This document shows positions 31,925 to 45,900 of a stretch of DNA of 64,000 nucleotides, piece by piece. The stretch is taken from the NCBI GenBank assembly GCA_048939995.1, contig JBHLOY010000002.1, forward strand, positions 320,001 through 384,000, in the 5' to 3' direction. Within the stretch, counting starts at the first letter, position 1. Every line of letters begins with the position of its first letter. The notes beneath the pieces were generated by a model. The model had not been told where the DNA came from. It saw nothing but the letters and a program-made list of their open reading frames with translations, and did no database searches. Position numbers and translations under genes: made by a program. Source of the DNA: Promethearchaeota archaeon. GTDB taxonomy: Archaea > Asgardarchaeota > Lokiarchaeia > Sigyniarchaeales > SOKP01.

Positions 31925-32239
31925 TCATGATGAGCCTGACGTCTTTGAAGACATTAAATCAACCAAGGATTCAGATGATATTACAGAATCACATTTTGAA
32001 CAAGAGTGCCATATCAAGGGCATGGCTCCAATTCGATCTAAATATTTGTCAACAAATTTTAGACCATACTTTGCCATACTTTTTAGCATCTTACCTCCAA
32101 ATGGGATAATCTCGGCCTGAATTTCTATGAAAGCCTCGTAGACTTTTAATATATCATCTCTAAACTTATCATTGATAGGTGCTGAGTTTATTTCAACTTT
32201 TAATTCGAGTTCATCTTTACAATATGGACATTTTGGCAA
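31925..32239 (-). CDS. small zinc-binding protein
   Basis: CPYC at the N-terminus and CSKC near the C-terminus; GTGA RBS-like upstream of TTG. Confidence 0.7.
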   Translation of the reverse strand: MPKCPYCKDELELKVEINSAPINDKFRDDILKVYEAFIEIQAEIIPFGGKMLKSMAKYGLKFVDKYLDRIGAMPLIWHSCSKCDSVISSESLVDLMSSKTSGSS

Positions 32240-32323
32240 TAGAAATCACATCTTTACGATTTTAAACAATGAATTTCTGCATTATAGTTAAACATATTAT
32301 TTAAAGGGTAGAACAATTTCCTA

Positions 32324-34240
32324 TTAAGGATTGAAAATGTCGTTTATTATGGTTCCAAGGGAGGAAGGATTGTTTACTTCTAACACTTCACCGGTCTGAG
32401 TTGCGTTTTTCAAGCGCGTCCATATTTCAGGATTTTCTTTGATAGCTTTTGAGAAAAGATTTAATTTCTTTAAACCCGGGTAGGATTGGCCTTTTATTAC
32501 ATAAACTATCAGAAAAGAATCAATCGAGTTGATTAGAATTAGATTTTCACCAATTTTTATACGATCGATGGACTCAGAAAAAAGTTCGGAGCTAAAAGTG
32601 TTAAATGCTGACATGAAAGAGCTAAAAATAGACTCAAAATCCCAACCTTGTCTAAAAGAATAATTAAAGTATGAAATTCCGGCTTTACTTACTATCGTAA
32701 GTACAATAGGTTCTTCATCAGTTAATTCAACTGGTTCTATAGCATCATTACGAATCATTCTGTCCATCTGTCCTCTTATATTCGCTAGTTTCATTCGATC
32801 ACTTAAGGAGGAATTTGATTGTTTTATTCCTTCCCATCTATTCAATTGCTTGAGCAATTCATCATGTTCGGTTGAAATTCTTACCGCTAGACGATTAAGA
32901 TGATATTTTTCGGCTATATTCTGGGCTTTAGTTAAAAATTCTTGAGCTTTATTTAACTCAAGGTTCACTAATGCTAATTTTGCCTGGAAAATGTAAACTT
33001 CAGCCAATAATGGGTATGAATGATTTTTTTCACCTATGTCAAGTAATTTAATTATGTTAGGTTTAATTTCATTAACTATTTCAAGATCGCTAGTGTTTTG
33101 CAATTCACTTAAAAGCAAATCACATAGATGTAATAGTGCAATTATTGTAATTTCATAGTCAACCATTTCTCCCTCGATTACTTGTTTCAACATTTCCTCA
33201 GCTTTACCTCGATGGATGGATCTTAGACTGGTCTTTAAGTATATAGCCTTATCAACGTGATAAGCCATACTACTTAATTTTGATCGATCTTGAATTTCCT
33301 CCAATTGTTCTAGGTATTTTTGCGCCATCTCGAGGTCACTCTCTTCAAGAGCTAAATGAAATAAACTATCTATAGAAGTTACTCCAGAGATACCTATTTC
33401 TTTAAAGATTTTTACACTTTTTTCCAAAGATTCTCGAGCCAGATTAGAATTACCTTGTTTCCGATACAGATCTCCAAGATTATTGAGGGATTGTGCAATT
33501 CCGAATTTATATTCAATTTCCTTAGCAATTTCTAAAGCTTTATTATAGTACTCTATAGCATTATTCACCTCACCTCTAAAAGCATAAATTAAACCAAAAT
33601 TGATATAACAGTTTAGAATTTGTGCTTTGTAGTCAATTTCCTTGGCACTTAGGAAGCACTGATTTAAATACTCTAATGACTTATCAAACTCACCCAAATA
33701 ATAGTATATATTTTTCATTACATCGAGTGATTCAACTATACCCAATTTAAGGTTTAGCTTTTTATTCAACGTTAGTGTTAGCTCTGCATATTTGAGAGCC
33801 TTATCAAATTCTCTCATTATAAAATAAATATTTGCTCTAAGGCGGGAAATTTCAGCATCTCTTTTGATATGTTCTTCCGAAGCTTCTAAATTAAAGGATT
33901 TAAGAATTTTTTCGCTTTGTAAGAGTAATTTTAAAGCTTCTTCAAATTTATAAACCGAAATATAAGCCGTTGATTTTATAATATAAATGTCCACTAATTG
34001 AAGAGAGTCTTTTAGTCCTTGACTTGCTTGATAAGCTCTTTCAGCATAATCTAATAGTTTTTCTTTTTCTTTTAATTTGTCAGATAAAGAGCCCATAAGA
34101 ATATAATAAGATATTTGTTCATATTGTGAAATATCTTTTTTTTCCCCGAAGTCTTTTAAAACTTGAAAAGCTTTACCGAAATTTCCATTTTCAATGAAAT
34201 GCTTTGCATTAACCAATTCCGTGGGTTCTAATTCTGACAT
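32324..34240 (-). CDS. TPR repeat protein with C-terminal longin/roadblock-like domain
   Basis: TPRs (LNNLGDLYRKQG, INFGLIYAFRGE); C-terminal PIVLTIVSKAGISYF...SSFMSAFNTFSSELF...IDRIKIGE. Confidence 0.85.
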   Translation of the reverse strand: MSELEPTELVNAKHFIENGNFGKAFQVLKDFGEKKDISQYEQISYYILMGSLSDKLKEKEKLLDYAERAYQASQGLKDSLQLVDIYIIKSTAYISVYKFEEALKLLLQSEKILKSFNLEASEEHIKRDAEISRLRANIYFIMREFDKALKYAELTLTLNKKLNLKLGIVESLDVMKNIYYYLGEFDKSLEYLNQCFLSAKEIDYKAQILNCYINFGLIYAFRGEVNNAIEYYNKALEIAKEIEYKFGIAQSLNNLGDLYRKQGNSNLARESLEKSVKIFKEIGISGVTSIDSLFHLALEESDLEMAQKYLEQLEEIQDRSKLSSMAYHVDKAIYLKTSLRSIHRGKAEEMLKQVIEGEMVDYEITIIALLHLCDLLLSELQNTSDLEIVNEIKPNIIKLLDIGEKNHSYPLLAEVYIFQAKLALVNLELNKAQEFLTKAQNIAEKYHLNRLAVRISTEHDELLKQLNRWEGIKQSNSSLSDRMKLANIRGQMDRMIRNDAIEPVELTDEEPIVLTIVSKAGISYFNYSFRQGWDFESIFSSFMSAFNTFSSELFSESIDRIKIGENLILINSIDSFLIVYVIKGQSYPGLKKLNLFSKAIKENPEIWTRLKNATQTGEVLEVNNPSSLGTIINDIFNP

Positions 34241-34378
34241 ATTTATATAGATATTAAAAATTTGGTTTTATACTATCATAAAATTATAAGCAATATAATT
34301 ATATCGATTCAAGTAATTCAAATTTTACATGAAGGATTTATGTTGAGCTTTAAATTTAACATTTTTTTTATGTTTTAT

Positions 34379-36115
34379 CTATATTTTGGGTTCATTAATT
34401 CCAAATGGTACCATATCATCTAGTAATGATAGAATCTTTTCTCGTTCAGGCTCTTTAAGTTCAGCATTAATGAGATCAAGAACGATTTGAAGAGTAACAG
34501 TCTCTTTCAAGTAGGAAATTCTTAGATCTTCATTATTCGCATCAAGGACTAAAATCTTATTTTTTCCTTCAGTCATATCCCAAGGAGGCCAATGAGGTAG
34601 GTTATCTCCGTTTGGATTTCCTGATCTCGCGAAATTGGCTAGATAATTCATACATAAATCTGTCAGCTTTTCCCTACTACGTCGATTACTTTTAGTAAAG
34701 GTGTTTCCAATCATCATTGATAACCGCCCCATCCCCATCCCTAAGAAGAAAGGAATCTCTGCTGCGTGGTGAGCACCCAAGTCTCGACCCTTTTGTTTGG
34801 GAAGAACGCTAACACCTTCATTATCTGGACTTCCCCAATCAAACCGGTACGCATAAACAGGTACATTTGAATTTGAAGTCATTGGACACACTAAGGAATC
34901 GAGGCCACTCACACGCCAAAGTAGGGAACGATAACCCCAGATCAAGTCATATTCTCTTGTACGATGTGGAGGATCCTTTCTAAAGTAGCCAAAGAGTTTT
35001 AATTCATCTTTATTACAACCAATAATTAATGGAACCATATTCGCCCACTCTCCAGTTGAAAACACCGCATACCCTTCCTTCGGTATTACAATACCATCGG
35101 TAAAAATAGTTCGCCATTCTGCCATTCCAAAATCCATAGTAGAGATACTTTTTGTAATTTCAAACCCAGATTTTGAGCGAAGATATTCATTAATCTCTTG
35201 TTCCGACATTTTTCCGATAAGCTGCTCTGCTTCTTCTTGATTCTCAACTTTACGATCTTTGATTAGAAGATTCATAAGAAGTTTAATACTTTGGGCTTTT
35301 GCAGTGTCAATACTCCAAATAAAAGATAATCCACTTTCAGCGATTGCACGATGGAAAAGGCCTTTTGCATTTGGAGAAATAAGGAGTGAAAGAACATTAA
35401 AGGCACCACCAGATTCTCCTGCGATAGTAATATTATCAGGATCGCCTCCAAATGCTTTAATATTGTCTCTTACCCATTCCAAGGCTTTTATTAGATCAAG
35501 AGTTCCAAAATTGCCACTTTTGTCTTCAAGAGAGCCACTATCTGTTATTGCAGGATGTGTAAACCAACCCATTACTCCAAGACGGTAATTAACTGATATA
35601 TATAATAAGTTAGAGTTCTCAGCTACTGCATTACCATAATATGCGACATCCGCAGAGCTACCAATTGAGTTTCCTCCCCCATGGATATAGAAATAAACTG
35701 GTAATTTATTCTCCAGAGTTTTCGGACGCCAAACGTTGAGATAAAGACAATCCTCCGAACCAATCGGGCCCAGAATGGTCATTACTTGTGCAGCAGAGTT
35801 CCCAAACTTTCTTACTTTGCGTATTCCAACCCATGGAATAGGATCAAGAGGTGCTTTCCATCGGAGTAGTCCTTCTGGTGGAGTTGCATATGGGATTCCC
35901 TTCCAACACCAAGATTCTCTATCTGAGAAACCTGATATCAAACCATACTTAGTTTGGACAAGAGGATCATTATTCCATGAACCAATTTTAAAGGTAGAGT
36001 TAGATGGCTTTAATCTTTTAAAATGCTTAATATAAGGAGATAGAGCCCTTGTAACTAAATTACCAAATCTAATAAAGGGAATGAACAAGTAAACCAACTT
36101 CATTAATAAACGCAT
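34379..36115 (-). CDS. type-B carboxylesterase
   Basis: KGIPYA, EDCLYLNVW, HGGG, GESGG nucleophile, HAAEIPF. Confidence 0.94.
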   Translation of the reverse strand: MRLLMKLVYLFIPFIRFGNLVTRALSPYIKHFKRLKPSNSTFKIGSWNNDPLVQTKYGLISGFSDRESWCWKGIPYATPPEGLLRWKAPLDPIPWVGIRKVRKFGNSAAQVMTILGPIGSEDCLYLNVWRPKTLENKLPVYFYIHGGGNSIGSSADVAYYGNAVAENSNLLYISVNYRLGVMGWFTHPAITDSGSLEDKSGNFGTLDLIKALEWVRDNIKAFGGDPDNITIAGESGGAFNVLSLLISPNAKGLFHRAIAESGLSFIWSIDTAKAQSIKLLMNLLIKDRKVENQEEAEQLIGKMSEQEINEYLRSKSGFEITKSISTMDFGMAEWRTIFTDGIVIPKEGYAVFSTGEWANMVPLIIGCNKDELKLFGYFRKDPPHRTREYDLIWGYRSLLWRVSGLDSLVCPMTSNSNVPVYAYRFDWGSPDNEGVSVLPKQKGRDLGAHHAAEIPFFLGMGMGRLSMMIGNTFTKSNRRSREKLTDLCMNYLANFARSGNPNGDNLPHWPPWDMTEGKNKILVLDANNEDLRISYLKETVTLQIVLDLINAELKEPEREKILSLLDDMVPFGINEPKI

Positions 36116-36366
36116 AACTTCACACCAGTAAAACTCTTAATTAATATACCGACTTTAAAATCTTGTGCTCTTTGATACTTCGGAGAATTACTTGCTAATG
36201 ATACATAGCCACTAATCATTGCAATGATAGCAAAGGGAGTCACATAAAAAATATAAAGAGTGTTGTGAAAGATAAGAATAACTATTCCCACGATTATATC
36301 AATAATAATTGCAAGAATAGCAGATATCGGTGTATTTGAAAAATCAATAAGTCCAAGGAAAGACAT
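36103..36366 (-). CDS. small membrane protein
   Basis: Two hydrophobic segments; overlaps the esterase start. Confidence 0.5.
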   Translation of the reverse strand: MSFLGLIDFSNTPISAILAIIIDIIVGIVILIFHNTLYIFYVTPFAIIAMISGYVSLASNSPKYQRAQDFKVGILIKSFTGVKLCVY

Positions 36367-36490
36367 AGAATATCTTTTTTAGTATCTTAATTATTATTAA
36401 TAATTTTTGTATACATATTTTATAAATCTTATAAAAAATTTTATGAAAAATATTTATAATCAATGTAAACATAAAAAATATCGAATGTGA

Positions 36491-36796
36491 TTGATGAATA
36501 TCCCTGAAAAATATCTTGATGAAACTATACGCGCTATAGGAACTATTACCAAATCGAAATATAACTCACTTATATCGGTAAAAAAGATTAGAAAATTATA
36601 TAAGATTGACCCACTAGATCACTCTAAAATCAACTTCTATTGGAGATCCTTACACTATCTGGAAAAACATAAAATTTTAAAGAGATATGAATCTAAATCA
36701 CCAAGAAAATATCAAGTTCTTAATTTTTTCAAGTTTTTTGAGCTACTTTATAAGGTTTATATTAATCAGATAAAAATAGCTAATAGTAGTAATTAG
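36491..36796 (+). CDS. small winged-helix-like protein
   Basis: ISVKKIRK...FYWRSLHYLEKHKILKR...PRKYQV. Confidence 0.6.
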   Translation: MMNIPEKYLDETIRAIGTITKSKYNSLISVKKIRKLYKIDPLDHSKINFYWRSLHYLEKHKILKRYESKSPRKYQVLNFFKFFELLYKVYINQIKIANSSN

Positions 36797-36930
36797 TTAA
36801 AAAAAGGAAACCTTTAAAGAAAAAATACCTTTTATAGTTAAAAATCTCTTTATCAAAAATGGGTTAATAAAACTCTTTGAAATGTTCCTAAAATCTTAGA
36901 CAAAATTTTCTAGGAATTTAAATATTATAA

Positions 36931-39900
36931 ATGCTTTGTGTTTTATCAGATAATTTTAAAAGATTTATTCTACGAATAGGGTTAAAATTGAAGTTAAAAG
37001 TATCAAAAGCAGGTTTTATTCTTTTCTTGCTTTCAATTCAAATAATATCAGCTACAGTTTTTCTCGGTAATAATACTAATTTAAATGAAGTAGAAAAGAT
37101 TAATAAAGATTTTAAAAAAAAAAGTATCCGCGCATCATCAACTTATCCGAATGACGCTCTCCACTTTAAATATTACAAAAATATATCTATAAATCATGAT
37201 AAAGTCATGGGAATTGGTAATCATTCGAATTTTCCCGTTCTAATTTCAATTCTAGACAACGATTTACATTCTTACACTCAACCTGATGGAGATGACATAG
37301 CATTTTCTATGGGAAGTATCTGGTTAGACCATGAAATAGAAATGTATAATCGAGATTACAGTGCAACACAAGCCAAATTAATTGCTTGGGTTCGAGTCCC
37401 AGGCCTCTCAACATCTAATGATACAATAATTAGGATGTATTTTTGCAATTTAACCATGACATCGCGAGAAAATCCTGCAGGAGTTTGGAATAATAATTAT
37501 CTGGGAGTATGGCATCTTTCGGAATCAAATGGAAACGCAAAAGATTCTACTTCCTATATGGAAGATGGAACTGTATCAGGAGGCGTCACGCAAGGGACAT
37601 CCGGGCAAATAGCTAATTCTTATTATTTTGATCGCGATAGTATGGGTACCGTAAATATGGGAGATCCTTCAGATGGGCACCTTGATTTTAGAGATGGAGA
37701 TGACTTTTCTATTAGTTTTTGGATTAATTTAGATTATTTTTATTATTACAATCCATTTATTGTCAGTAAAAGAGCTGGTATTGGATCATCAAGTCAGGGA
37801 TATTCTGTTCAAATGTATGATGACTCACATGGAATACCTTTTTATGGTATATCTTCTAATGGCCCAGAATATGAAGTAGATGGAACTAATGATTGTTTGT
37901 ATCAAGGATGGAAATATATTACCGCAACATGGGATGAAGATAATAGCTCAGGTTGTAAAATTTATTTGGATGGTTTAGAGGAGACATCAAACAGAATTGG
38001 AACAATAGGAAATATAGATGATATATCAAATGCAGAAAATTTCAAGTTAAATGGCCCAAGTAGTCCAAATACGGAATATATGTTTGATGGTAAATTGGAT
38101 GAAGTCCGCGTATCAGATATTGTTCGTTCATCGGATTGGATTGCTACTGAATATAACAATCAATATGATCCAGCAAGCTTTTATTCTATTGGTCTAGTTA
38201 AAGAAGTAATTCCTCTGAAATCAGAATATTTCAACTTTTACAAAGTAATGACCATTGATCATACTAAAGTCGCTGGAACGAATGATCTTGTCGATTATCC
38301 GTTATTTCTCTCACTCATAGATCCAGATCTAAAAGATCAAGTTCAATCTGATGGAGATGATATAGTTTTTGCAATGGATGGAAGTTGGCTCGATCACGAG
38401 ATAGAATTATTTGATCAGAATTATGATCCAAATTATGGGAAACTAATTGCCTGGATACGCATTCCGATACTATACCATAGTATAGACACTGAGATATATA
38501 TGTATTATGGGAATTCTACTATGAGATCACACCAAAATCCATTAGGAGTATGGAATAATAATTATAAGGGAGTTTGGCATTTATCTGAGTTAAGTGGTAA
38601 TTCAATGGATTCCACAGGATATGGAACTGAAGGAGTTCCTACAGTTGGAGTTACTCAGGGAGAAAGTAGTCTATCTGGTTATGGATATGATTTTGATGGG
38701 ATTGATAGTAATGTTGATTTTGGAGATCCTATTGATGATCATCTCGATTTTGGTATCAATAGTTTTACTATTAGTATGTGGCTAAGGATTGATAGCAGTA
38801 CGGCCACCTGGCAAGTCCCTCTCACTAAAGGACACCCAAGTGGTGCTAGTAATGATGGATACAGATTTGAAACCTCATCAGATGGACAAAGAATATATTT
38901 TCAAATAGGTGATGGAAATATTTTTGAATCCAGTTATTCTCAGAATATTATATTTGGAGCATGGATGCATATTGTTGGTCGTGTTGATAGAACTAGTAAT
39001 AGGATATATCTGTTTAAAGATGGTGGTCATAGTGGATATAAAGACATTAGTAGTATTGGAAATATAATTACATCAAGTCCTCTCACATTTTCACGTATGA
39101 ATAATGCACTTGATGGAGTTCTTGATGAAGTCCGTATATCTGATACTTCTCGTTCAGATGGTTGGATTGCTACCGAATACAATAACCAATATAATCCTGA
39201 TACGTTTTATTCCATTAGTGATCGTAATCATGTGAGACGCCCAAAACCAGAATATTTCAACTTTTATAAAGCATTAACAATTGATCATAATAAAGTTTCA
39301 GGAATAACTAACCTTATCGATTTTCCACTATTGATCTCACTTGAAGATCCAGATCTAAAAGATCAAGTACAATCTGATGGAGATGATATTGCCTTTTGGA
39401 ATGGTTCAGCATGGTTAGACCATGAAATAGAATTTTTTGATCAAAATTATAATCCAAGTTTTGGGAAGTTAGTTGTATGGGTACGAATTCCTATACTTTA
39501 TTATTATAAAGACACCACTATATACATGTGCTACGGAAACCTTACATTATGTTCTCAAGAATCTTCTAAAGGTGTGTGGGATAGAGACTATGATTTTGTA
39601 CTTCACATGAATCAGGATCCTTCTTCTTCAGATATTTTAGACAGTACTTTAAACGGATTTGATTTCAATGTCGAAACTGGAGGAGTAATGACATCAGGTG
39701 ACCTTGTTGATGGAAAAGCTGGAAAAGCAATTGCTTTTGACGGAAATGATGATTATATTTATTTACCTGAGTCTGAAGGTTTTTCGGGATCAATTGACAA
39801 AATGACATTCGAATTTTGGCTAATGCTTCCAAATGGAGTTCCTAGTGTGCGGGATACTTTAGCAAGACCAGCAACCACAGATAGATCTCCTAATCTATAT

Positions 39901-42900
39901 TTCCTTCAAGAGTTTAGTTTCCAATTAGATACCATTACTAGTTCTACTGTAATAAAAACAACTGAAAGCTTTCAAACAGCTATCGGTAGATGGATTCATT
40001 TTGCTTGCGTATGGGATGGAACTGGAGGCGGGCTCCATCAAATCTATGTTAATGGATCGCTAAATAGTGAAGATTCCACACCATTAACAGGAACACATGT
40101 TAACTGGAATACAATATCTGTAGGAACTGATGATGATCCTAGTGATGGTCCCGGTGGGATTGCTGATGGTGCTCGTTTTCTTGAAGTAACACTAAGTGAA
40201 TTTCGTGTATCAAAAGTTGTAAGATCAGCTGATTGGATAGCTACTGAATATAACAATCAATATGATCCAGACAATTTCTATTCTATTAGTACTCGAATCC
40301 ATGTAAAGCGTCCAAAACCAGAAGATTTCCAATCTCTAAAGATGATCTTCATTGACCATAATAAAGTTTCTGGATCAAGTGATCTTATTAATTTTCCATT
40401 TTTAATTTCGATTTATGACGAAGATTTGCATGATGATGTCCAACCAGATGGCGATGACATTGCATTTTGGAATGGTACAGAATGGCTAGATCATGAAATT
40501 GAACTATTTGATCAAACATTTAATAATACACATGCTCAACTGGTTACTTGGATTCGTATTCCGAAATTATATCACGATGTAGATACGATAATTTACATGT
40601 ATTATGGGAACTCTACTCTATGTTCTCAAGAGAATTCAGGCGGAGTTTGGAATTCAAATTATGCTGGAGTATGGCACCTTTTAGAATCCAATGGGTATGC
40701 TGTTGATTCAACTATTTATGGAGAACATGGATTTATCTCAGGAGCAGTAGAACAAGGTTCTATTGGTAAAATAAATAGTGCATATAATTTTGATGTAAAT
40801 GGGTCGGTTAATGTAGGAGATCCTTCTGATGGTCATCTTGATTTTAATGAAGTTACTGATTTTACTGTTAGTTTTTGGTTAAATATAGATGCAACAACGA
40901 CCGTAAAACAACGTCCCTTATATAAAGGAGGATCATCTCTTTCTGATGGAGGATATAGCTTTGAAACATCTACTTCCGGAGACTTAATTAAATTTTACAT
41001 ATGTGATGAAACTAACAGAGTAGGTTCTTATAGTGCCCCAATTACTTATGATCAATGGACTTACATAACTGGAGTAGTTGATCGTACAAATGGTTATATT
41101 TACATTTATAAAGATCATTCTGTAATAACTGGAGCAGTATCTATTAGTAGTGTTGGTGGTTCCTTGAGTAACGATGTTGAGCTTCAGTTCCCATTGGCTG
41201 CTTCCGATTTAGATGGATTAATTGATGAAATAAGGATATCAAATGTGAAACGATCAGCGGACTGGATAGCTACTGAGTATTATTCCCAACATGATCCAAA
41301 TTCCTTCTTCTCTGTCGGTCCGGAGATAGAAGTGGGGGAGGTTAGCGTGGAAGTGCATGTAATTGATTTATATGGAAATTTTATCCCTAATCTAAATGTA
41401 ACCATGGGATATAATAGCATTATATATGAGACTATAGCAAATAATGCCGGTATAGCGACATTTGAAAATGTTTCCAAACTAGCTTATAACTTTACAGTGG
41501 AGATGACTTCTGATATAGGTGCTCATACTGTAATAGTGAATAAAACAACTGATCCAATATTAGTTGATGACCCAATTGAAGTTGTATATCTGATCTGTAA
41601 TGTAAGTACTAATTTCATTGAAGTCAGAGATATAGATGGGATCTCTCTGAATTCTGGCTGGGTAATTGTCGGGAATAGTTCCCACAATCTTCAAAATTGT
41701 ACAATTGAAGAAACGGGATATTCGAGATTTTGGTGGTTAAACAGCACACCATATAATTATAATTTTACAGTCTATTATAGGGATGCGAACTATAATCCAA
41801 GCACCGTGAATGTGGGCTCAGGCTATATTACAACGGTAAATTCAACAATTTTCGCAGCAACAAGATTAACTACTGTTAACTTTTCTGTAAATACCGAAGA
41901 ATTTGAACCAATAGGTGGAGCAAAATTAATATTAAACTATACACATACCCTAGAAAACGTAATAAATTTAACTACGGATGTTGATGGAAAGACAACTTTC
42001 AGGTGGTTAAATACCACCTCTTTTTATGACTATTCATTAAAAATTATTTTCTTAGGAAAACGCTGGAATTTTGATATATCTAGCGTCACTCCTGGTTATG
42101 TTTCAGAGTTCGATCTTTCCATAAGCTCAAGAATTACCTACAATATCGTTATTAAAATTACTCAAACTGAAATTGAAGAGTATGAAACAGCAATAGTTTC
42201 CTTAAATCCTGTAACAACTATATCTATTGAATGGGGTTCGATATTAGCCTTAAGAGCGTTATTTAACGTAACTAAGGTTCCCGGGAGCTCATCAATCCCA
42301 TTAGGTCCCACTTCGGCAGATTCAATATTTTATAAAATATATCTCTTCGGGGATACAAATACCCTTAAAACGGGTTTGATGGCTATAGATACAGAATATA
42401 AGGGTTCATATCGATGTGATATTGATATAAAGGGATTAGAATGTGAATTATATTCTATAAAAATATCTGCTTATAAATCGGGTTATGTAATACCGCAAGA
42501 TCTATTGATTACTTTAAATGTCTTAAAGAATGAATTATTCTTAAATCAATCAGAAAATAATGATTCTCCTCAAAATATATATTGGTTAGATCATGTAAAC
42601 ATGACAGTTGCGCCTTATGGAGAAAATTCTGAAAGTTTTACCTTGGAAGATTCGCTTTTACAAAGTAACAATCAAGCATTTGATGTTATCATTTATGATA
42701 TTACTAATTATTGGAATCTATCATCTTTAACTTTAAATATTCAAGAGATTTCATGGACTACCTCCGAACCTAATATATATATCGAGATTGTCGATCCTTA
42801 TTTTAATACATGGAAATATGATCCAAGCAACTTTTCATATTACGATTATGATAAAGGTGTATGTTATATAACTCTTAATCTGAATAAAGGGAGTCCGACT

Positions 42901-45900
42901 TTTGATAATATCTTTAGATTCAACGTAACAGGATCCTTCAATGGCTCTATAGATATTGCTGCTGAAAGCTGCTTTATCAGGGACAATTTGGAAGTTCAGT
43001 ATTCACAATTCAATATAAAGGATGAAATAATTATTATTAACGAAGCTGAAGGATGGGCAATTAAAAACATTACTTTTAATATTTCAAATTTCTATAATGT
43101 TAGCTCGGGACAATTAATAGATCCAGCTACAGCCATAGATTGTATAACAACCAGAGAAGGATTCAAATATGCATTAGAATCTAGTGAACTTGGAAAAGGA
43201 ACATTATCCATTAACAATATAACTATTTATCCACTTGATAATCAATTCTCATTTGGAGTTCAGAGCAATATTGATATCATATTTGATGTGGTTATTAATG
43301 TGAAATATATTCAATATTTTTATCAAAATGAATATTTAGAATCGTTTAATTCTTCAATATTTGTACAAAATTTTGATAATTCATTAGAATATCTTCAAGT
43401 TAGTGCTATTGAAAGTGATTGGACTGAAAATTTAGCAGAATTTATAATTACAGATATATATGATGGAATAAAATATGTGACCCCTTCTGAAGTTGCGATG
43501 AACATCACGATAGGTGGGCAATCTTACTCTATTATGCAAAATGTGGAAGGTGAAGGCATCATATCAATAGGAAGTCTTGAAAAGGGAATAATTCATTCAA
43601 TCATTATTCAGGCGAATAAACAAGTTAATTTTTCATTCATTTATAAAATAATTTATACAAGAACTAATATTTATGAAATAGGATGTACTGTAAATTTCAT
43701 CATAAGAGAAGCACCTGATATTTTTGGGCCAGTTGAATATTATGATGACTTAAATTGTTATATTAAAGAAATAGATACCTCATTAATCGATGCGGATAAT
43801 TATACAGTAAGATTTACAGCTACTAAAGATTATTTTTTTGAATGCTTAAAAGATTTGAAGTTAAATGTTATTAGTCGACGCACTCTAATAAATGGAACTT
43901 TAGATTATTTTAGAGAGATAGAAAGTATTTATGTCGGAGATGTTGTTAATCTTGAATTTGAGTTTACTGATGCAATAACTGGAGAAAAAATCATCAATCT
44001 GACAACGCATTATTTTGTATGGGAACAATACTCTGCTGATGGAAGTGTAATTTCTTCGGGAAATGGTATTCTTAATACTACTATAGATAATTTTTATGCT
44101 TTAGATTTCGATTCAGAAACTCGTCCAATCGGGAATTATATGCTTATCGCCACTTTAGATAAGGAAAATTATGATTATAAGAATGTTATGATTTTCCTTA
44201 CAATAGAAACAAGATTTCTTCAATATTCTCTCTCAAGTAACATTAAAAATTATAAAATATCTATTGTTCAAGGGAATACAGTTCAAATTAGTTTAAACTT
44301 AACAGATCCTACTCGAGGAGGTATTCCTTTATTAAATGCCACGATTAATCTATCGATAAATGATATTGATTATAATTTTGAGGAAGTTAGTAATGGGACT
44401 TATATTCTTAATTTTCGTACTGATAATGTAGATTCTTTCTTCTCTCCTCAAATTTTTACAGGAATTATCAATATTACCAAAAAAGATTATTTCTCAGAAA
44501 CGTTTAGTGTTACTATTGTTGTTGAGATGATTGAAATTTTCCCTGGGATGCCAATGTTTTACTTTTTATTAATTATCTTCAGCATTCTTGCGGTCGTCGG
44601 AAGCCTTGTTGGTTATAGGGTGTATAAACATGCAAAAATCCCCACCTTCGTTAAAAAAGTAAGAGAGATGCAAAAAGAAATTAAAAGAGAAAAATCAATC
44701 TCAGAAGCTCTACTGTATCAACCAAAAGAGGAATTCATTGGAGAGTTAGTAAGAGATAAATGGAGCGCCATCGGTTTATCATTAGGAGATATCTTAGGTA
44801 TTGAAATTACAAAGAGTAAGAAATTACCTCGAAAATTGTCATCTAGAGCTGGTGAAGTTCATGATCTCAAACCATTAGGATTAATTTTGACGAAATGGGA
44901 TGAAAGAGTAGGAATGGAACTCTTAGCAAAATATCCGCAAGATATTCACGTTTCTGATAAAACTTTTATGCAGATTTATGGAACACATGAATATAGTGGT
45001 GAAAAAGGAATAATCACATTGATATCTGGGGGTCAAAATGTTTTATCGTATTATACAGGACCAGAAACGGCTTATTATATTACGTTAATTTTAGATACAA
45101 ATGATGATTCTGATATATATGAAGCTGCAATGCCAAATATTGCACGTATTATTTTGGAAAACCTTGAAGATCAGATCTATCTTCAAATGATTCCTTCATT
45201 TTTCCAACGTTTATCGGTTTATCCTTCTCTTACTGATGAACAGAATCTGATCTTTCATTATCAGGATGATATCAAACGAATGATTATAAATTTCTTAAGA
45301 GATTATGGGGTAATTTCTAAATCAGAATTGATGATTTGGATGAAAGATCGTAAATTAGAAGGCATTACGGATTTAGAAGCGATTTTAGCAGAACTTATTA
45401 AAAGTGAGTTGATCAAGGTAGCTTCGGTAAAAGGAATTCCTTCTGAACTGATTTTTTTCACTAAAGATATTTTCATGCTCCGGGTGCCACCTGATAAATT
45501 ATTTGAAAATCCTGTGAATTATGGCCTACCAAAACAATTTGCGAAGTCATATCAAACTGAAGTTAATAAATTTTTTAATGAATATCATCCAACCGAAGAG
45601 GACGAGCTTAAACTTCTTGATAACTTAATTGATCCAGAAGTGTATGAGGCCATACGTCTGTTAAGAACAGCAATAATTACGATGAAAGATTTTGAAAAAT
45701 TAAAAAAGAAAGGAATTAATGATATTTATGCTGTCTTAAAAAAGCTCTGGGACACAAATATGATCAAAGTCTTCAATGATAAAGATGGAACAGAATATTA
45801 TGCTCTCCTCACTGACTTTTATATTGGACAGATTTTTCCAAAATATATTTTAAATATTATCAAGTTATCCTATGAACAAAAATCTAAAACAAATAAAGTT

